Shown piece after piece: positions 1 to 11,550 of a stretch of 64,000 nucleotides of DNA. The DNA is taken from the NCBI RefSeq assembly GCF_009914755.1, contig NC_060933.1; one strand, given 5' to 3'. Positions within the stretch are counted from its first letter, which is position 1; each line of letters opens with the position of its first letter. The notes beneath the pieces are model-generated. The model was not told the origin of the DNA. It did not search any database and saw only the letters and a list, made by a program, of their open reading frames with translations. This stretch comes from the human T2T-CHM13v2.0 reference genome, Homo sapiens. Made by a program: the position numbers and the translations under genes.

Positions 1-665
1 ATTTTATAGGTTCAGTGCAGGACACCGCTGATGGGCTCTCTCTCTCTTTCTGCCAAATCCTGCTGCCTTCTCCCTTCCACAGGGAGTGAATCCTAATAAA
101 TATCTTGCACATTGAATGCTGTTTCAGCATCTGCTTTCAGATAACGCAGGCTGAAGTTTTCTTTTCCTCCAGGTTGTTTAGAGTTTATAAAACAAAAAAG
201 AATCTCACTGAATTTTATCAAATGTTTACTAGGTGTCTAGTGAGATAATCATAAATTTCACTTCTATTGGTCAAAAATGTAATGAATTATACTGTTAGAT
301 TTCCATTCTTAAATTCTTGGTGGAAAATCTACTTATTTAATTAGAAGCATTTTTAAAAATATTCTGCTATACTTTAGTTGCTAGAAAGTTATTAAGAATT
401 CTTGCCTCTCTGTTCATAAGTCATACTATTCTGTAATTTCTGTTTGTTTATTTTAATTCTATTGTCTTTGTGAGCTTTGGTAGCAGGGTTATGCCAGCCT
501 TGCAGGATAATTTGGGGGAACTTTGTATTTTTAATAATGTTCTGAGAGAGCTTACAAACACAGAGGTTACCTGGTTCCTGAATGTTTGTTTGCACTCAGC
601 TATAAAACCATTTATGTCTGGGGTGTTTTATTAGAAAGAGGATGAAGTTTTGATTATCATGAAGG

Positions 666-1037
<372 letters not shown>

Positions 1038-1291
1038 TGATTAATATTTTTCTAGATAATCATCTGTTTCCTCTAAATTTTAATATTTATTTTCATAAAG
1101 CTTAACATATTATTCTTTTTAATTTTTAAATGTTCTTGATTGTATTTATATTCTATTTCCCTTCCTAATGAGTTTATGTGTGTGTCCCTTCTTCCTTTTT
1201 TTCTTGATCAATCTTAACGAAGTTTGTCTATTTAGTTTTATTATACTCAAAGAATAAGCATTTAGTTTCCTTTTAAGAACTATTAATTTCC

Positions 1292-2879
1292 ACTGCTCTG
1301 TCACCTGCCACCGCTGCCCAAGCCTGAGTGGTTCACTACACCATGAAGACAGATTCCAGATGCCGGCAACTGGTGCTTCCAATCCTAGACGCTATGTCCA
1401 GCAAAGACTCCATGGTTCTGGCCTACAGTGGGGCCTGGACACCTCCTGCATCCTCATGTGGCCGAAGGAACAAGGCTATGACATAATTGCCTACCTAGCC
1501 AACATTGGCCAGAAGGAAGACTTCGAGGAAGCCAGGAAGAAGGCACTGAAGCTTGGGGCCAAAAAGGTGTTCATTGAGGATGCCAGCAGGGAGTTTGTGG
1601 AGGAGTTCATCTGGCCGGCCATCCAGTCCAGGGCACTGTATGAAGACCACTGCCTCCTGGGCACCTCTCTTGCCAGGCCCTGCATTGCCTGCAAACAAAT
1701 GGAAATTGTCCAGCAGGAGGGGGCCAAGTATGTGTCCCACGGTGCCACGGGAAAGGGGACCGATCAGTTCTGATTTGAACTCACCTGCTACTCACTGGCC
1801 CCCCCCCAGATAAAGGTCATTGCTCCCTGGAGGATGCCCGAGTTCTACAACTGGTTCAAGGCCTTCAATGACCTGATGGAAGAATACACAAAAGCAACAC
1901 GGGATTCCCATCCTGGTCACTTCCAAGAAGCCATGGAGCATGGAACAGAACCTCATGCACATCAGCTGTGAGGCTGGAATCCTGGAGAACCCCAAGAACT
2001 AAGTGCCTCCAGGTCTCTACACGAAGACCCAGGACCTGGCCAAAGCCCCCAACACCCCTGATATTCTCGAGTTCCAAAACGGGGTCCCTGTGAAGGTGAC
2101 CAACGTCAAGGATGGCACCACCCACCAGACCTCCTTGGTACCTTGGTACCTCCTTTTCATGTACCTAAACGAAGTCACGGGCAAGCAGGGTGTAGCCATA
2201 CTGACATCGTGGAGAACCGCTTCATTGGAATGAAGTCCCAAGGTATCTAGGATACCCCAGCAGGCACCATCCTTTACCACGCTCATTTAGACATCAAGGC
2301 CTTCACCATGGACCTGGAAGTGCGCAAAATCAAACAAGGCCTGGGCTTGGAATTTGCTGAGCTGGTGTATACCGGTTTCTGGCACAGACCAGAGTGTGAA
2401 TTTGTCCGCCACTGCATTGCCAAGTTCCAGGAGCGAGTAGAAGGGAAAGTGCAGGTGTCCGTCCTCAAGGGCCAGGTGTACATCCTCAGCTGGGAGTACG
2501 CACTGTCTCTCTACAGCCAGTTGCTGGTGAGCATGAAAGTGCAGGATGATTATGAGCCAATTGATGCCATCAGGTTCATCAACATCAATTCCCTCACGCT
2601 GAGGGAATATCATCGTCTCCAGAGCAAGGTCACTGCCAAATAGACCCCTGTACAATGAGGAGTTGGGGTCTCCTCAATTTGCAGATCCCCCAAGTACAGG
2701 CGCTAATTGTTGTGATAATTTGTAACTGTGACTTGCTCTCCCCGGCTGGCAGCATAGTGGGGCTGCCAGGCTCCAGCTTTGTTCCCTGGTCCCCCTGAAA
2801 CCTGCAAACGTCATCATTGAAGGGAAGGGGCGGGGCAGATGGAGTGGGGAGCTATAAAATTACAATTAAAAGGAAAAAA
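1292..2879 (+). pseudogene. Processed pseudogene of argininosuccinate synthase 1 (ASS1)
   Basis: Intronless ASS1-like sequence: ATG at 1394 (ATGTCCAGCAAA), peptides [48 protein letters not shown], and C-terminus [13 protein letters not shown] ending TAG 2641-2643. Several frameshifts and stops. ATTAAA 2865-2870 and a short A tail. Exact 17-bp TSD AAGAACTATTAATTTCC at 1275-1291 and 2880-2896, preceded by TTTT (L1 endonuclease site). Confidence 0.97.
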
Positions 2880-3308
2880 AAGAACTATTAATTTCCTTTT
2901 TATTTTATTGATTTCTTCTCATATCTTTATTGATCACTTCCTTTCTTTGTCTTGTTTTCCTTTTATTTTTTAATCATTACTATTTAGTAATAAATGTGTT
3001 TCTCTCTGTATCTTTGGCCATATCCTATTGATAGCACATGGGCTTCTGATAATCATTTATTTACAATTAACTGGTAATTGAGCTTTTTAAAATCTGCAAA
3101 CCATGATTTGCTTAGAAAACTATTTTTAAGTGCCAGTTGTATGTCTGACTTAAACATAGACATATAATACCTTTTAATATTAATTTTTAAGTTATATTTG
3201 ATTATTGTCAAAGAACGTAACTTAGTATATTTCCCTAGAATCTACTGAGTTTTTTAAATAGCCCAATGTTTGGTCCAGAGTTATATATTTTTCAAGGCTA
3301 TTCAGAAA

Positions 3309-3824
3309 ACAGCCCAGAGGTCTTTTTTTCTTTTTTAACACCTATTATGCCATGAATTCATAGGGAATAGGTTCCAGCAGCTCATAGCTCCTTCCCATTG
3401 GTTCTCACAAAGTGTGCTTCTCTGGGTGGAGCAGGCTGGCGCTTCATTTGAACCCAGGTACCTTCTCTTTGGCTTCTTTCTTTTTCTGATCATTTTCCTT
3501 CATGCGTTTCAGGGAGCTCTCTCAGCTCTCAGAGTGCTTAATGTGCTCAATGTGCACATTAATTCTCTCGGCAAGAATCTTGCCCTTAGCTTGTTTGTTT
3601 ATAACAATGCCAACAGCATGCTGGGGAACATTGTAGACTCTTCCAGTTTAGCCATGGTGACACTTGTGGGGCATTCCTTTTTGAACAGTACCCATTCCCT
3701 TGATGTCAACGATATCACCTTTCTCGTAGATTCACATATACATGGCCAAAGAAACAACTCCACATTTTCTAAAAGGCCTAGAGAACATATATCGGGTGCT
3801 TCTCCTCTTTCCCTTTGTGTTCGT
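3309..3824 (-). pseudogene. Processed pseudogene of ribosomal protein L21 (RPL21), main body (codon 2 to 3'UTR)
   Basis: Reverse strand reads ACG AAC ACA AAG GGA AAG AGG AGA ... CCC TAT GAA TTC ATG GCA TAA TAG GTG TT (RPL21 TNTKGKRR...PYEFMA*). Intronless. Premature TGA at 3732-3734 (CGA>TGA). Interrupted at 3825 by HERV-H. Confidence 0.96.
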
Positions 3825-4235
3825 TGTCAGGCCTCTGAGCCCAAGCTAAGCCATCATATCCCCTGTGACCTGCACATACACATCCAGATGGCTGGTTCCT
3901 GCCTTAACAGATGACATTCCACCACAAAAGACATGAAAATGGCCTGTTCCTGCCTTAACTGATGACATTATCTTGTGAAATTCCTTCTCCTGGCTCATCC
4001 TGGCTCAAAAGCTCCCTGACTGAGCACCTTGTAACCCCCACTCCTGCCTGCCAGAGAACAACCCTCCTTTGACTGTAATTTTCCTTTACCTACCCAAATT
4101 TTATAAAATGGCCCTACCCCTATCTCCCTTCTCTGACTCTTTTCGGACTCAGCCCACCTGCACCCAGGTGATTAAAAAGCTATATTGTTCACACAAAGCC
4201 TGTTTGGTAGTCTCTTCACACAGACACACATGAAA
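3825..4235 (+). promoter_or_regulatory. 5' LTR (LTR7) of HERV-H
   Basis: Starts TGTCAGGCCTCTGAGCCCAAGC and ends CATGAAA. TATA-like TTATAAAA 4101-4108, poly(A) signal ATTAAA 4171-4176. Confidence 0.95.
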
Positions 4236-4237
4236 TT

Positions 4238-4255
4238 TGGTGCCATGACTCGGAT
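4238..4255 (+). other. Primer-binding site complementary to tRNA-His
   Basis: TGGTGCCATGACTCGGAT right after the 5' LTR; one mismatch to the canonical TGGTGCCGTGACTCGGAT. Confidence 0.9.
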
Positions 4256-4378
4256 CAGGGGACCTCCCTTGGGAGATCAATCCCCTGTCCTCCTGCTCTT
4301 TGTGCCGTGAGAAAGATCCACCTACAACCTCAGGTCCTCAGACCAACCAGCCAAAGAAACATCTCACCAATTTCAAAT

Positions 4379-4387
4379 CTGGTAAGC
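4379..4387 (+). promoter_or_regulatory. HERV-H leader splice donor
   Basis: CTG|GTAAGC with GT at 4382-4383, in the context CCAATTTCAAATCTG that I recall as the major HERV-H leader donor. Confidence 0.75.
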
Positions 4388-4848
4388 AGCCTCTTTTTAC
4401 TCTCTTCTCCAACGTCCCTCACTATCCCTCAACCTCTTTCTCCTTTCAATCTTGGCACCACACTTCTATCTCTCCCTTCTCTTAATTTCAATTACTTTCA
4501 TTTTCTGGTAGAGACAAAGGAGACATGTTTTATCCGTGGACCCCAAACTCCAGCTCCGGTCATGGACTGGGAAGGCAGCCTTCCCTTGGTGCTTAATCAT
4601 TGCAGGGGCACCTCTCTGATTATTCACCCAGGTTTCAGAGGTGTCAGACCACGCAGGGACGCCTGCCTTGGTCCTTAGTGGCAAGTCCCACTTTTCTGGG
4701 GGAAGGGCAAGAACCCCAAGCCCTTCTCTCCATGTCTCTATCCCTTCTCCACTTTTCTGGGGGAGGGGCAAGAACCCCTCAACCCCTTCTCCTTCACCCT
4801 TAGCGGCAAGTCCCACTTTTCTAGGGGAGGGGCAGGAACCCTGACCTC

Positions 4849-5100
4849 TTATCTGTGTGCCCCGATCCCTTATTTCCACACCCCAACCTCTTATCTCTGT
4901 GCCCCAATCCCTTATTTCTGCACCTCTACCCCTTGTCTCTGTGCCCCGATCCCTTATTTCTGCACCCCGACCCCTTATCTCTGTGCCCTGATCCCTTATT
5001 TCCATGCCCTGACCCCTTATCTCTGTGCCCCAATTCCTTATTTCCATGCCCCGACCTCTTATGTCTGTGCCCCAACCACTTATTTCTGCACCCCAACCGC
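4849..5100. repeat. Minisatellite in the HERV-H leader: 12 x 21 bp with alternating variants (42-bp higher order)
   Basis: Odd units ~TTATCTCTGTGCCCCGATCCC, even units ~TTATTTCTGCACCCCGACCCC. Counted 12 units, 252 bp. Confidence 0.9.
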
Positions 5101-6480
5101 TTCTCTGCTTTTCTGGAGGGCAAGAACCCCCCACCCCTTCGTGTCTCTACTGTCTTTTCTCTGGGCTTGCCTCCTTCACTATGGGCAAGCTTCCACTTTC
5201 CATTCCTCCTTCTTCTCCCTTAGCCTGTGTTCTTAAGAACTTAAAACCTCTTCAACTCTCACCTGACCTAAAATCTAAGTGTCTTATTTTCTTCTGCAAT
5301 GCCGCTTGACCCCAATACAAACTTAACAATGGCTGTAAATGGCCAGAAAACGGCACTTTCGATTTCTCCATCCTACAAGACCTAAATAATTTTTGTCAAA
5401 AAATGGGCAAATGGTCTGAGGTGCCTTACATCCAGGCATTTTTCACACTTCGTTCCCTCCCTAGTCTCTGTTCCCAGTGCAATTCCTCCCAAATCCTCCT
5501 TCTTTCCCTCCCACCTGTCCCCTCAGTCCCAACCCCAAGCGTTGCTGAGTCTTTCTAATCTTCCTTTTCTACAGACCCATTTGACCTCTCCCCTCCTTGC
5601 CAGGCCGAGCTAGGTCCCAATTCTTCCTCAGCCTCCGCTCCTCCACCCTATAATCCTTTTATCACCTCCCCTCCTCACACCCAGTCCGGCTTACCGTTTC
5701 GTTCCATGACTAGCCCTCCCCCACCTGCCAGCAATTTACTCTTAAAAAGGTGGCTGGAGCTAAAGGCATAGTCAAGGTTAATGCTCCTTTTTCTTTATCC
5801 CAAATCAGATAGCATTTAGGCTCTTTTTCATCAAATAAAAAAATCCAGCCCAGTTTATGACTCGTTTGGCAGCAACCCTGAGACGCTTTACAGCCCTAGA
5901 CCCTAAAAGGTCAAAAGGCCGTCTTATTCTCAATATACATTTTATTACCCAATCTGCTCCCGACATTAAATAAAACTCCAAAAATTAAATTCTGGCCCTC
6001 AAACCCCACAATAGGACTTAATTAACCTTGCCTTCAAGGTGTACAATAATAGAGTAGAGGCAGCCAAATAGCAACATATTTCTGAGTTGCAATTCTTTGC
6101 CTCCACTGTGAGACAAACCCCAGCCACATCTCCAGCACACAAGAACTTCCAAAAGCCTAAACTGCAGTGCCAGGCATCCTCCAGAACCACCTCCCCCAGG
6201 AGCTTGCTACAAGTGCCAGAAATCTGGCCACCAGGCCAAGGAATGCCCACAGCCTGGGATTCCTTCTAAGCCGTGTCCCATCTGTGCGGGACCCCACTGG
6301 AAATCGGACTGTTCAACTCACCTGGCAGCCACTCCCAGAGCCCCTGGAACTCTGGCCCAAGGCTCTCTGACTGACTCCTTCCCGGATCTTCTTGGCTTAG
6401 CGGCTGAAGACTGACGCTGCCCGATCGCCTCGGAAGCTCCGTAGACCATCATGGACGCCGAGCTTTAGGTAACTCTCACA

Positions 6481-8930
6481 GTGGAGGGTAAGTCCGTCCC
6501 CTTCTTAATCAATACAGAGGCTACCCACTCCACATTACCTTCTTTTCAAGGGCCTGTTTCCCTTGCCTCCATAACTGTTGTGGGTATTGACGGCCAGGCT
6601 TCTAAACCTCTTAAAACTCCCCAACTCTGGTGCCAACTTAGACAATACTTTTTTAAGCACTCCTTTTTAGTTATCCCCACCTGCCCAGTTCCCTTATTAG
6701 GCTGAGACACTTTAACTAAATTATCTGCTTCCCTGATTACTCCTGGACTACAGCTACATCTCATTGCCACCCTTCTTCCCAATCCAAAGCCTCCTTTGCG
6801 TCCTCCTCTTGTATCCCCCCACCTTAACCCACAAGTATAAGATACCTCTACTCCCTCCTTGGTGACCGATCATGCACCTCTTACCATCTCATTAAAACCT
6901 AATCACCCTTACCCTGCTCAATGCCAATATCCCATCCCACAGCATGCTTTAAAAGGATTAAAGCCTGTTATCACTCGCCTGTTACAGCATGGCCTTCTAA
7001 AACCTATAAACTCTCCTTACAATTCCCCCATTTTACCTGTCCAAAAACCAGACAAGTCTTACAGATTAGTTCAAGATCTGCACCTTATCAACCAAATTGT
7101 TTTGCCTATCCACCCCATGGTGCCAAACCCATATACTCTCCTATCCTCAATACCTCCCTCCACAACCCATTATTCTGTTCTGGATCTCAAACATGCTTTC
7201 TTTACTATTCCTTTGCACCCTTCATCCCAGCCTCTCTTCGCTTTCACTTGGACTGACCCTGACACCCATCAGGCTCAGCAAATTACCTGGGCTGTACTGC
7301 CACAAGTCTTCACAGACAGCCCTCATTACTTCAGTCAAGCCCAAATTTCTCCCTCATCTGTTACCTATCTCGGCATAATTCTCATAAAAACACATGTGCT
7401 CTCCCTGCTGATCATGTCCGGCTAATCTCCCAAACCCCAATCCCTTCTACAAAACAACAACTCCTTTCCTTCCTGGGCATGGTTGAATATTTTTGCCTTT
7501 GGATACCTGGTTTTGCCATCCTAACAAAACCATTATATAAACTCACAAAAGGAAACCTAGCTGACCCCATAGATCCTAAATCCTTTCCCCACTCCTCTTT
7601 CCATTCCTTGAAGACAGCTTTAGAGACTGCCCCCACCCTAGCTCTCCCTGACTCATCCCAACCCTTTTCATTACACACAGCTGAAGCACAGGGCTGTGCA
7701 GTCGGAATTCTTACACAAGGACCGGGATCGCGTCCTGTAGCCTTTTTGTCCAAACAACTTGACCTTACTGTTTTAGGCTGGCTATCATGTTTCTATGCAG
7801 TGGCTGCTGCCGCCCTAATACTTTTAGAGGCCCTTAAAATCACAAACTATGCTCAACTCACTCTCTACAGCTCTCATAATTTCCAAAATCTATTTTCTTC
7901 CGAACACCTGACGCATATACTTTCTGCTCCCCGGCTCCTTCAGCTGTACTCACTCTTTGTTGAGTCTCCCACAATTACCATTGTTCCTGGCCCAGACTTC
8001 AATCCGGCCTCCCACATTATTCCTGATACCACACCTGACCCTCATGACTGCATCTCTCTGATCCACCTGACGTTCACCCCATTTCCCCATATTTCCTTCT
8101 TCCCTGTTTCTCACCCTGATCACACTTGGTTTATTGATGGCAGTTTCACCAGGCCTAATCGCCACACACCAGCAAAGGCAGGCTATGCTATATAGTACAA
8201 GCCACTAGCCCGCCTCTTAGAACCTCTCATTTGCTTTCCATCGTGGAAATCTATCCTCAAGGAAATAACTTCTCAGTGTTCCATCTGCTATTCTACTACT
8301 CCTCAGGGATTATTCAGGCCCCCTCCCTTCCCTACACATCAAGCTCAGGGATTTGCCCCGACCCAGGACTGGCAAATTTGCTATTCTATTACTTCTCAGG
8401 GATTATTCAGGCCCCCTCCCTTCCCTACACATCAAGCTCGAGGATTTGCCCCACCCAGGACTGGCAAATTAGTTTTACTCAACATGCCCCGAGTCAGGAA
8501 ACTAAAATACCTCTTGGTCTAGGTAGACACTTTCACTGGATAGGTAGAGGCCTTTCCCACAGGGTGTAAGAAGGCCACCACAGTCATTTCTTCCCTTCTG
8601 TCAGACATAATTCCTTGGTTTGGCCTTCCCACCTCTATACAGTCCGATAGCAGACCAGCCTTTATTAGTCAAATCAGCCAAGCATTTTTTCAGGCTCTTA
8701 GTATTCAGTGAAACCTTTATATCCCTTACAGTCCTCAGTCTTCAGGAAAGGTAGAACAGACTAATGGTCTTTTAAAAACACACCTCACCAAGCTCAGCCA
8801 CCAACTTAAAAAGGACTGGACAATACTTTTACCACTTTCCCTTCTCAGAATTCAGGCCTGTCCTCGGACTGCTACAAGGTACAGCCCATTTGAGATCCTG
8901 TATAGACGCTCCTTTTTATTAGGCCCCAGT
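6481..8930 (+). pseudogene. HERV-H pro-pol remnant (PR, RT, RNase H, IN), disrupted
   Basis: ORF fragments 6481-6705, 6859-7425, 7479-8195. No YxDD seen after LPQVFTDSP (internal deletion). Integrase-like nucleotides around 8520-8800 (CCTCAGTCTTCAGGAAAGGTAGAA = PQSSGKVE). Confidence 0.9.
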
Positions 8931-9539
8931 CTCATTTCAGACACCAGACCAACTTGGACTGTGCCCCAAAACACTTGTCATCCCTACTATCTTCTGTCTA
9001 GTCATACTCCTATTCACCATTCTCAACTACTCATACATGCTCTTGTTTACACCGTCAGTTTACACTGTTTCTCCAAGCCATTACAGCTGATATCTCCTGG
9101 TGCTATCCCCAAACTGCCACTCTTAACTCTTGAAGTAAATGAATAATCTTTGCTGGCAGGACTATGCTGAATATCCTTAGGCACTCTCTAATTAGATGTC
9201 CTGGGTCCTCCCAATTCTTAGACCTTTAATACCTGTTTTCCTCCTTCTCTTATTCCGTTTAGTTTTTCAATTCATACAAAACCGTATCCAGGCCATCACC
9301 AATAATTCTAAATGACAAATGTTTCTTCTAACAGTCCGACAATATCACCCCTTTCCACAAAATCTTCCTTCAGCTTAATCTCTCCCACTCTCGGTTCCCA
9401 CGCCACCCCTAATCCCACTCGAAGCAGCCCTGAGAAACATCGCCCATTATCTCTCCAAACCATCCCCCAAAATTTTCGCCATCCAAACACTTTACCACTA
9501 TTTTGTTTTATTTTTCTTATTAATATAAGAAGGCAGGAA

Positions 9540-9952
9540 TGTCAGGCCTCTGAGCCCAAGCTAAGCCATCATATCCCCTGTGACCGGCACATACACATCC
9601 AGATGGCCGGTTCCTGCCTTAACAGATGACATTCCACCAAAAAAGAAATGAAAATGGCCTATTCCTGCCTTAACTGATGACATTATCTTGTGAAATTCCT
9701 TCTCCTGGCTCATCCTGGCTCAAAAGCTCCCCGACTGAGCACCTTGTGACCCCCACTCCTGCCCGCCAGAGAACAATACCCCTTTGACTGTAATTTTCCT
9801 TTACCTACCCAAATCTTATAAAACGGCCCCACCCCTATCTCCCTTCTCTGACTCTCTTTTTGGACTCAGCCCGCCTGCACCCAGGTGGTTAAAAAGCTTT
9901 ATTGCTCACACAAAGCCTGTTTGGTGGTCTCTTCACATGGATGCGCATGAAG
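9540..9952 (+). promoter_or_regulatory. 3' LTR (LTR7) of HERV-H
   Basis: Direct repeat of 3825-4235. By manual comparison about 26 substitutions and one 2-bp indel (~6%), many at CpG. Confidence 0.95.
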
Positions 9953-10000
9953 TTCGTCATTTTGGCGAATTACTGGAAGATGGTGGTTCTGGCTGAAAGG
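9953..10000 (-). pseudogene. RPL21 processed pseudogene, 5' UTR and start codon (cut off by HERV-H)
   Basis: Reverse strand CCTTTCAGCCAGAACCACCATCTTCCAGTAATTCGCCAAAATGACGAA: pyrimidine-rich (TOP-like) 5' end and ATG (CAT 9958-9960). Confidence 0.93.
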
Positions 10001-10146
10001 CAAAAAAAACAAAAACATAATTTTCTGTTCATTGAGAACATAGTTAAGAATATAGCTGTTAAATCATTCTTACTAATTGGATATTTTAATTTGCAATGTC
10101 TTATATTCTTATTTAAATTTTGAGAACTTGAAACTGGTATATCAAT

Positions 10147-10456
10147 TTTCTTTTCTTTTTTTTTTTTTTTTTAGATTGAGTCTCACTCTGTCACCCAGGC
10201 TGGAGTGCAGTTGCACAACCTCGGCTCACTGCGACCTCTGCCTCCTGGTTGAAGCGATTCTCTTGCCTCAGCCTACCGAGTAGAGTAGCTGACACTACAG
10301 GCATGCGCCACCATGCCCAGCTAATTTTTGTATTTTTAGTAGAGATGAGGTTTCACCATGTTGACCAGGCTGGTCTTGAACTCCTGACCTCAGGGGATCT
10401 GCCTACCTCGGCCTCCCAAAGTGCTGTAATTACAGGTCTGAGCCACTGCACTCAGC
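10147..10456 (-). mobile_element. Alu (AluS-type), antisense
   Basis: Poly-T then the Alu dimer in reverse; ATCAATT on both flanks. Confidence 0.95.
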
Positions 10457-11329
10457 AGATCAATTCTGACAGATATGTTACAGTTTGCTACAATTGCACA
10501 TTTGTCCTCCCTTTTTCGTTTTCTCAAAGCATTCCTAACAGTATTTCCTTTATGTATTTTGGCTCTATGTCACTTGGGGCATGAAGGTTTGTAACTTTTA
10601 TCTTCTTGGAGGATCCTACTTTTTCTCAATGAACCCTTCTTAGTTCAATTCTTTGCTTTTTAATTTTTATATGTTTAACTAAATATTGTAACACATTTGT
10701 TTTTTGTTAGTCTTTACCTAACAAAATAACTTTGTCCTTCCTTTTATTTTAACTTTCTGTTTTGTTTTGCTTTTATGTAACCCTTTTGGAAAGCCAGTAT
10801 GGACTTTCATTATGTACATTTTATTCTTCCTGCTTATAGAATGCCACCTCCTCTTTACATCTGTACAAAGTGGCCTTGAAAAGCAGGGAAATTAGAAAAG
10901 AGAAGAAGAAACAAATTGGCATAAGTAAGAGTTTGTCTTTTCACAAGAAATTAGAGAAGTTTTAAGTGGCCCATTTGTCTTTATTTCAAAAGGGCTGCTA
11001 AGTCCATTTACAATTTGGACAATTGGGCTGAGGCAAAGACATCCTGGAAAGAGACCTAATCTAAAGAACTTTTCAAGAGCTGTGCTCAGTAGGCACGCAT
11101 CAGGCTGTGGGAAGAGGCCTGGGCAGCCTCCCAACTTCCCTCCCTTCTGCCTTGAAGACCAGAAACCAGAAGTGAGAATAAGCAGGTTAAAAAAAAAAAA
11201 GTAAAGGGAATGTGGGGAGAGCCTGAAGTCAGAGTAAGAATACAAAGGAGGTCAAGGAAAGAAGAGGTTTAGACAAAAAACAAAAAACAAAAAACAAACA
11301 AACAAACAAGAAAGAAAGAAAAGAAAGAC

Positions 11330-11438
11330 GGCCAGGCACGGTGCCTCACGCTTGTAATCCTGCCTGGCCAATATGGTGAAACCCTGCCTCTACAAAAAAT
11401 ACAAAAATTAGCTGGGCGTGGTGGCACATGCCTGCAAT
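11330..11438 (+). mobile_element. Alu fragment, internally deleted and 3'-truncated
   Basis: GGCCAGGCACGGTG...TGTAATCC jumps directly to GCCTGGCCAATATGGTGAAACCC and ends at CCTGCAAT. Confidence 0.85.
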
Positions 11439-11550
11439 TAATACCAGTTCTCCATTTTAGGGCTCTGACAAGCTTCTGAAAGCCATATGGTTGTTGTTGA
11501 AGTCTCTCACAGAAAATACTAAAGTAAACCAGTTTGTTAGAATACTAAAT

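Larger units (their letters stand above)
3825..9952 (+). mobile_element. HERV-H provirus with two LTR7 LTRs; decayed gag-pro-pol, env largely deleted
   Basis: Paired ~410-bp LTRs, His-tRNA PBS, polypurine tract AAGAAGGCAGGAA (9527-9539), 5-bp TSD TTCGT at 3820-3824 and 9953-9957. Protease-like (FLINTEATHSTLP), RT-like (SPYNSPILPVQKPDKSYRLVQDL, VLDLKHAFFTIPL, LPQVFTDSP) and RNaseH-like (WFIDGS) peptides. Confidence 0.97.

Noticed and set aside
1360-2643. 137-aa and 111-aa ASS1-like ORFs as functional genes
   Set aside because: Fragments of a frameshifted processed pseudogene with TSD and A tail.
3414-3914. 166-aa plus-strand ORF
   Set aside because: It is the antisense frame of the RPL21 retrocopy running into LTR7, with a non-ATG start.
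4466-5134. 222-aa minus-strand repeat protein (GTEIRGR)n
   Set aside because: By-product of a stop-free 21-bp minisatellite in the HERV-H leader; no independent coding evidence.
6859-8195. RT/RNase H ORFs as an active or novel reverse-transcriptase system
   Set aside because: Ordinary HERV-H pol fragments with frameshifts and no YxDD catalytic motif.
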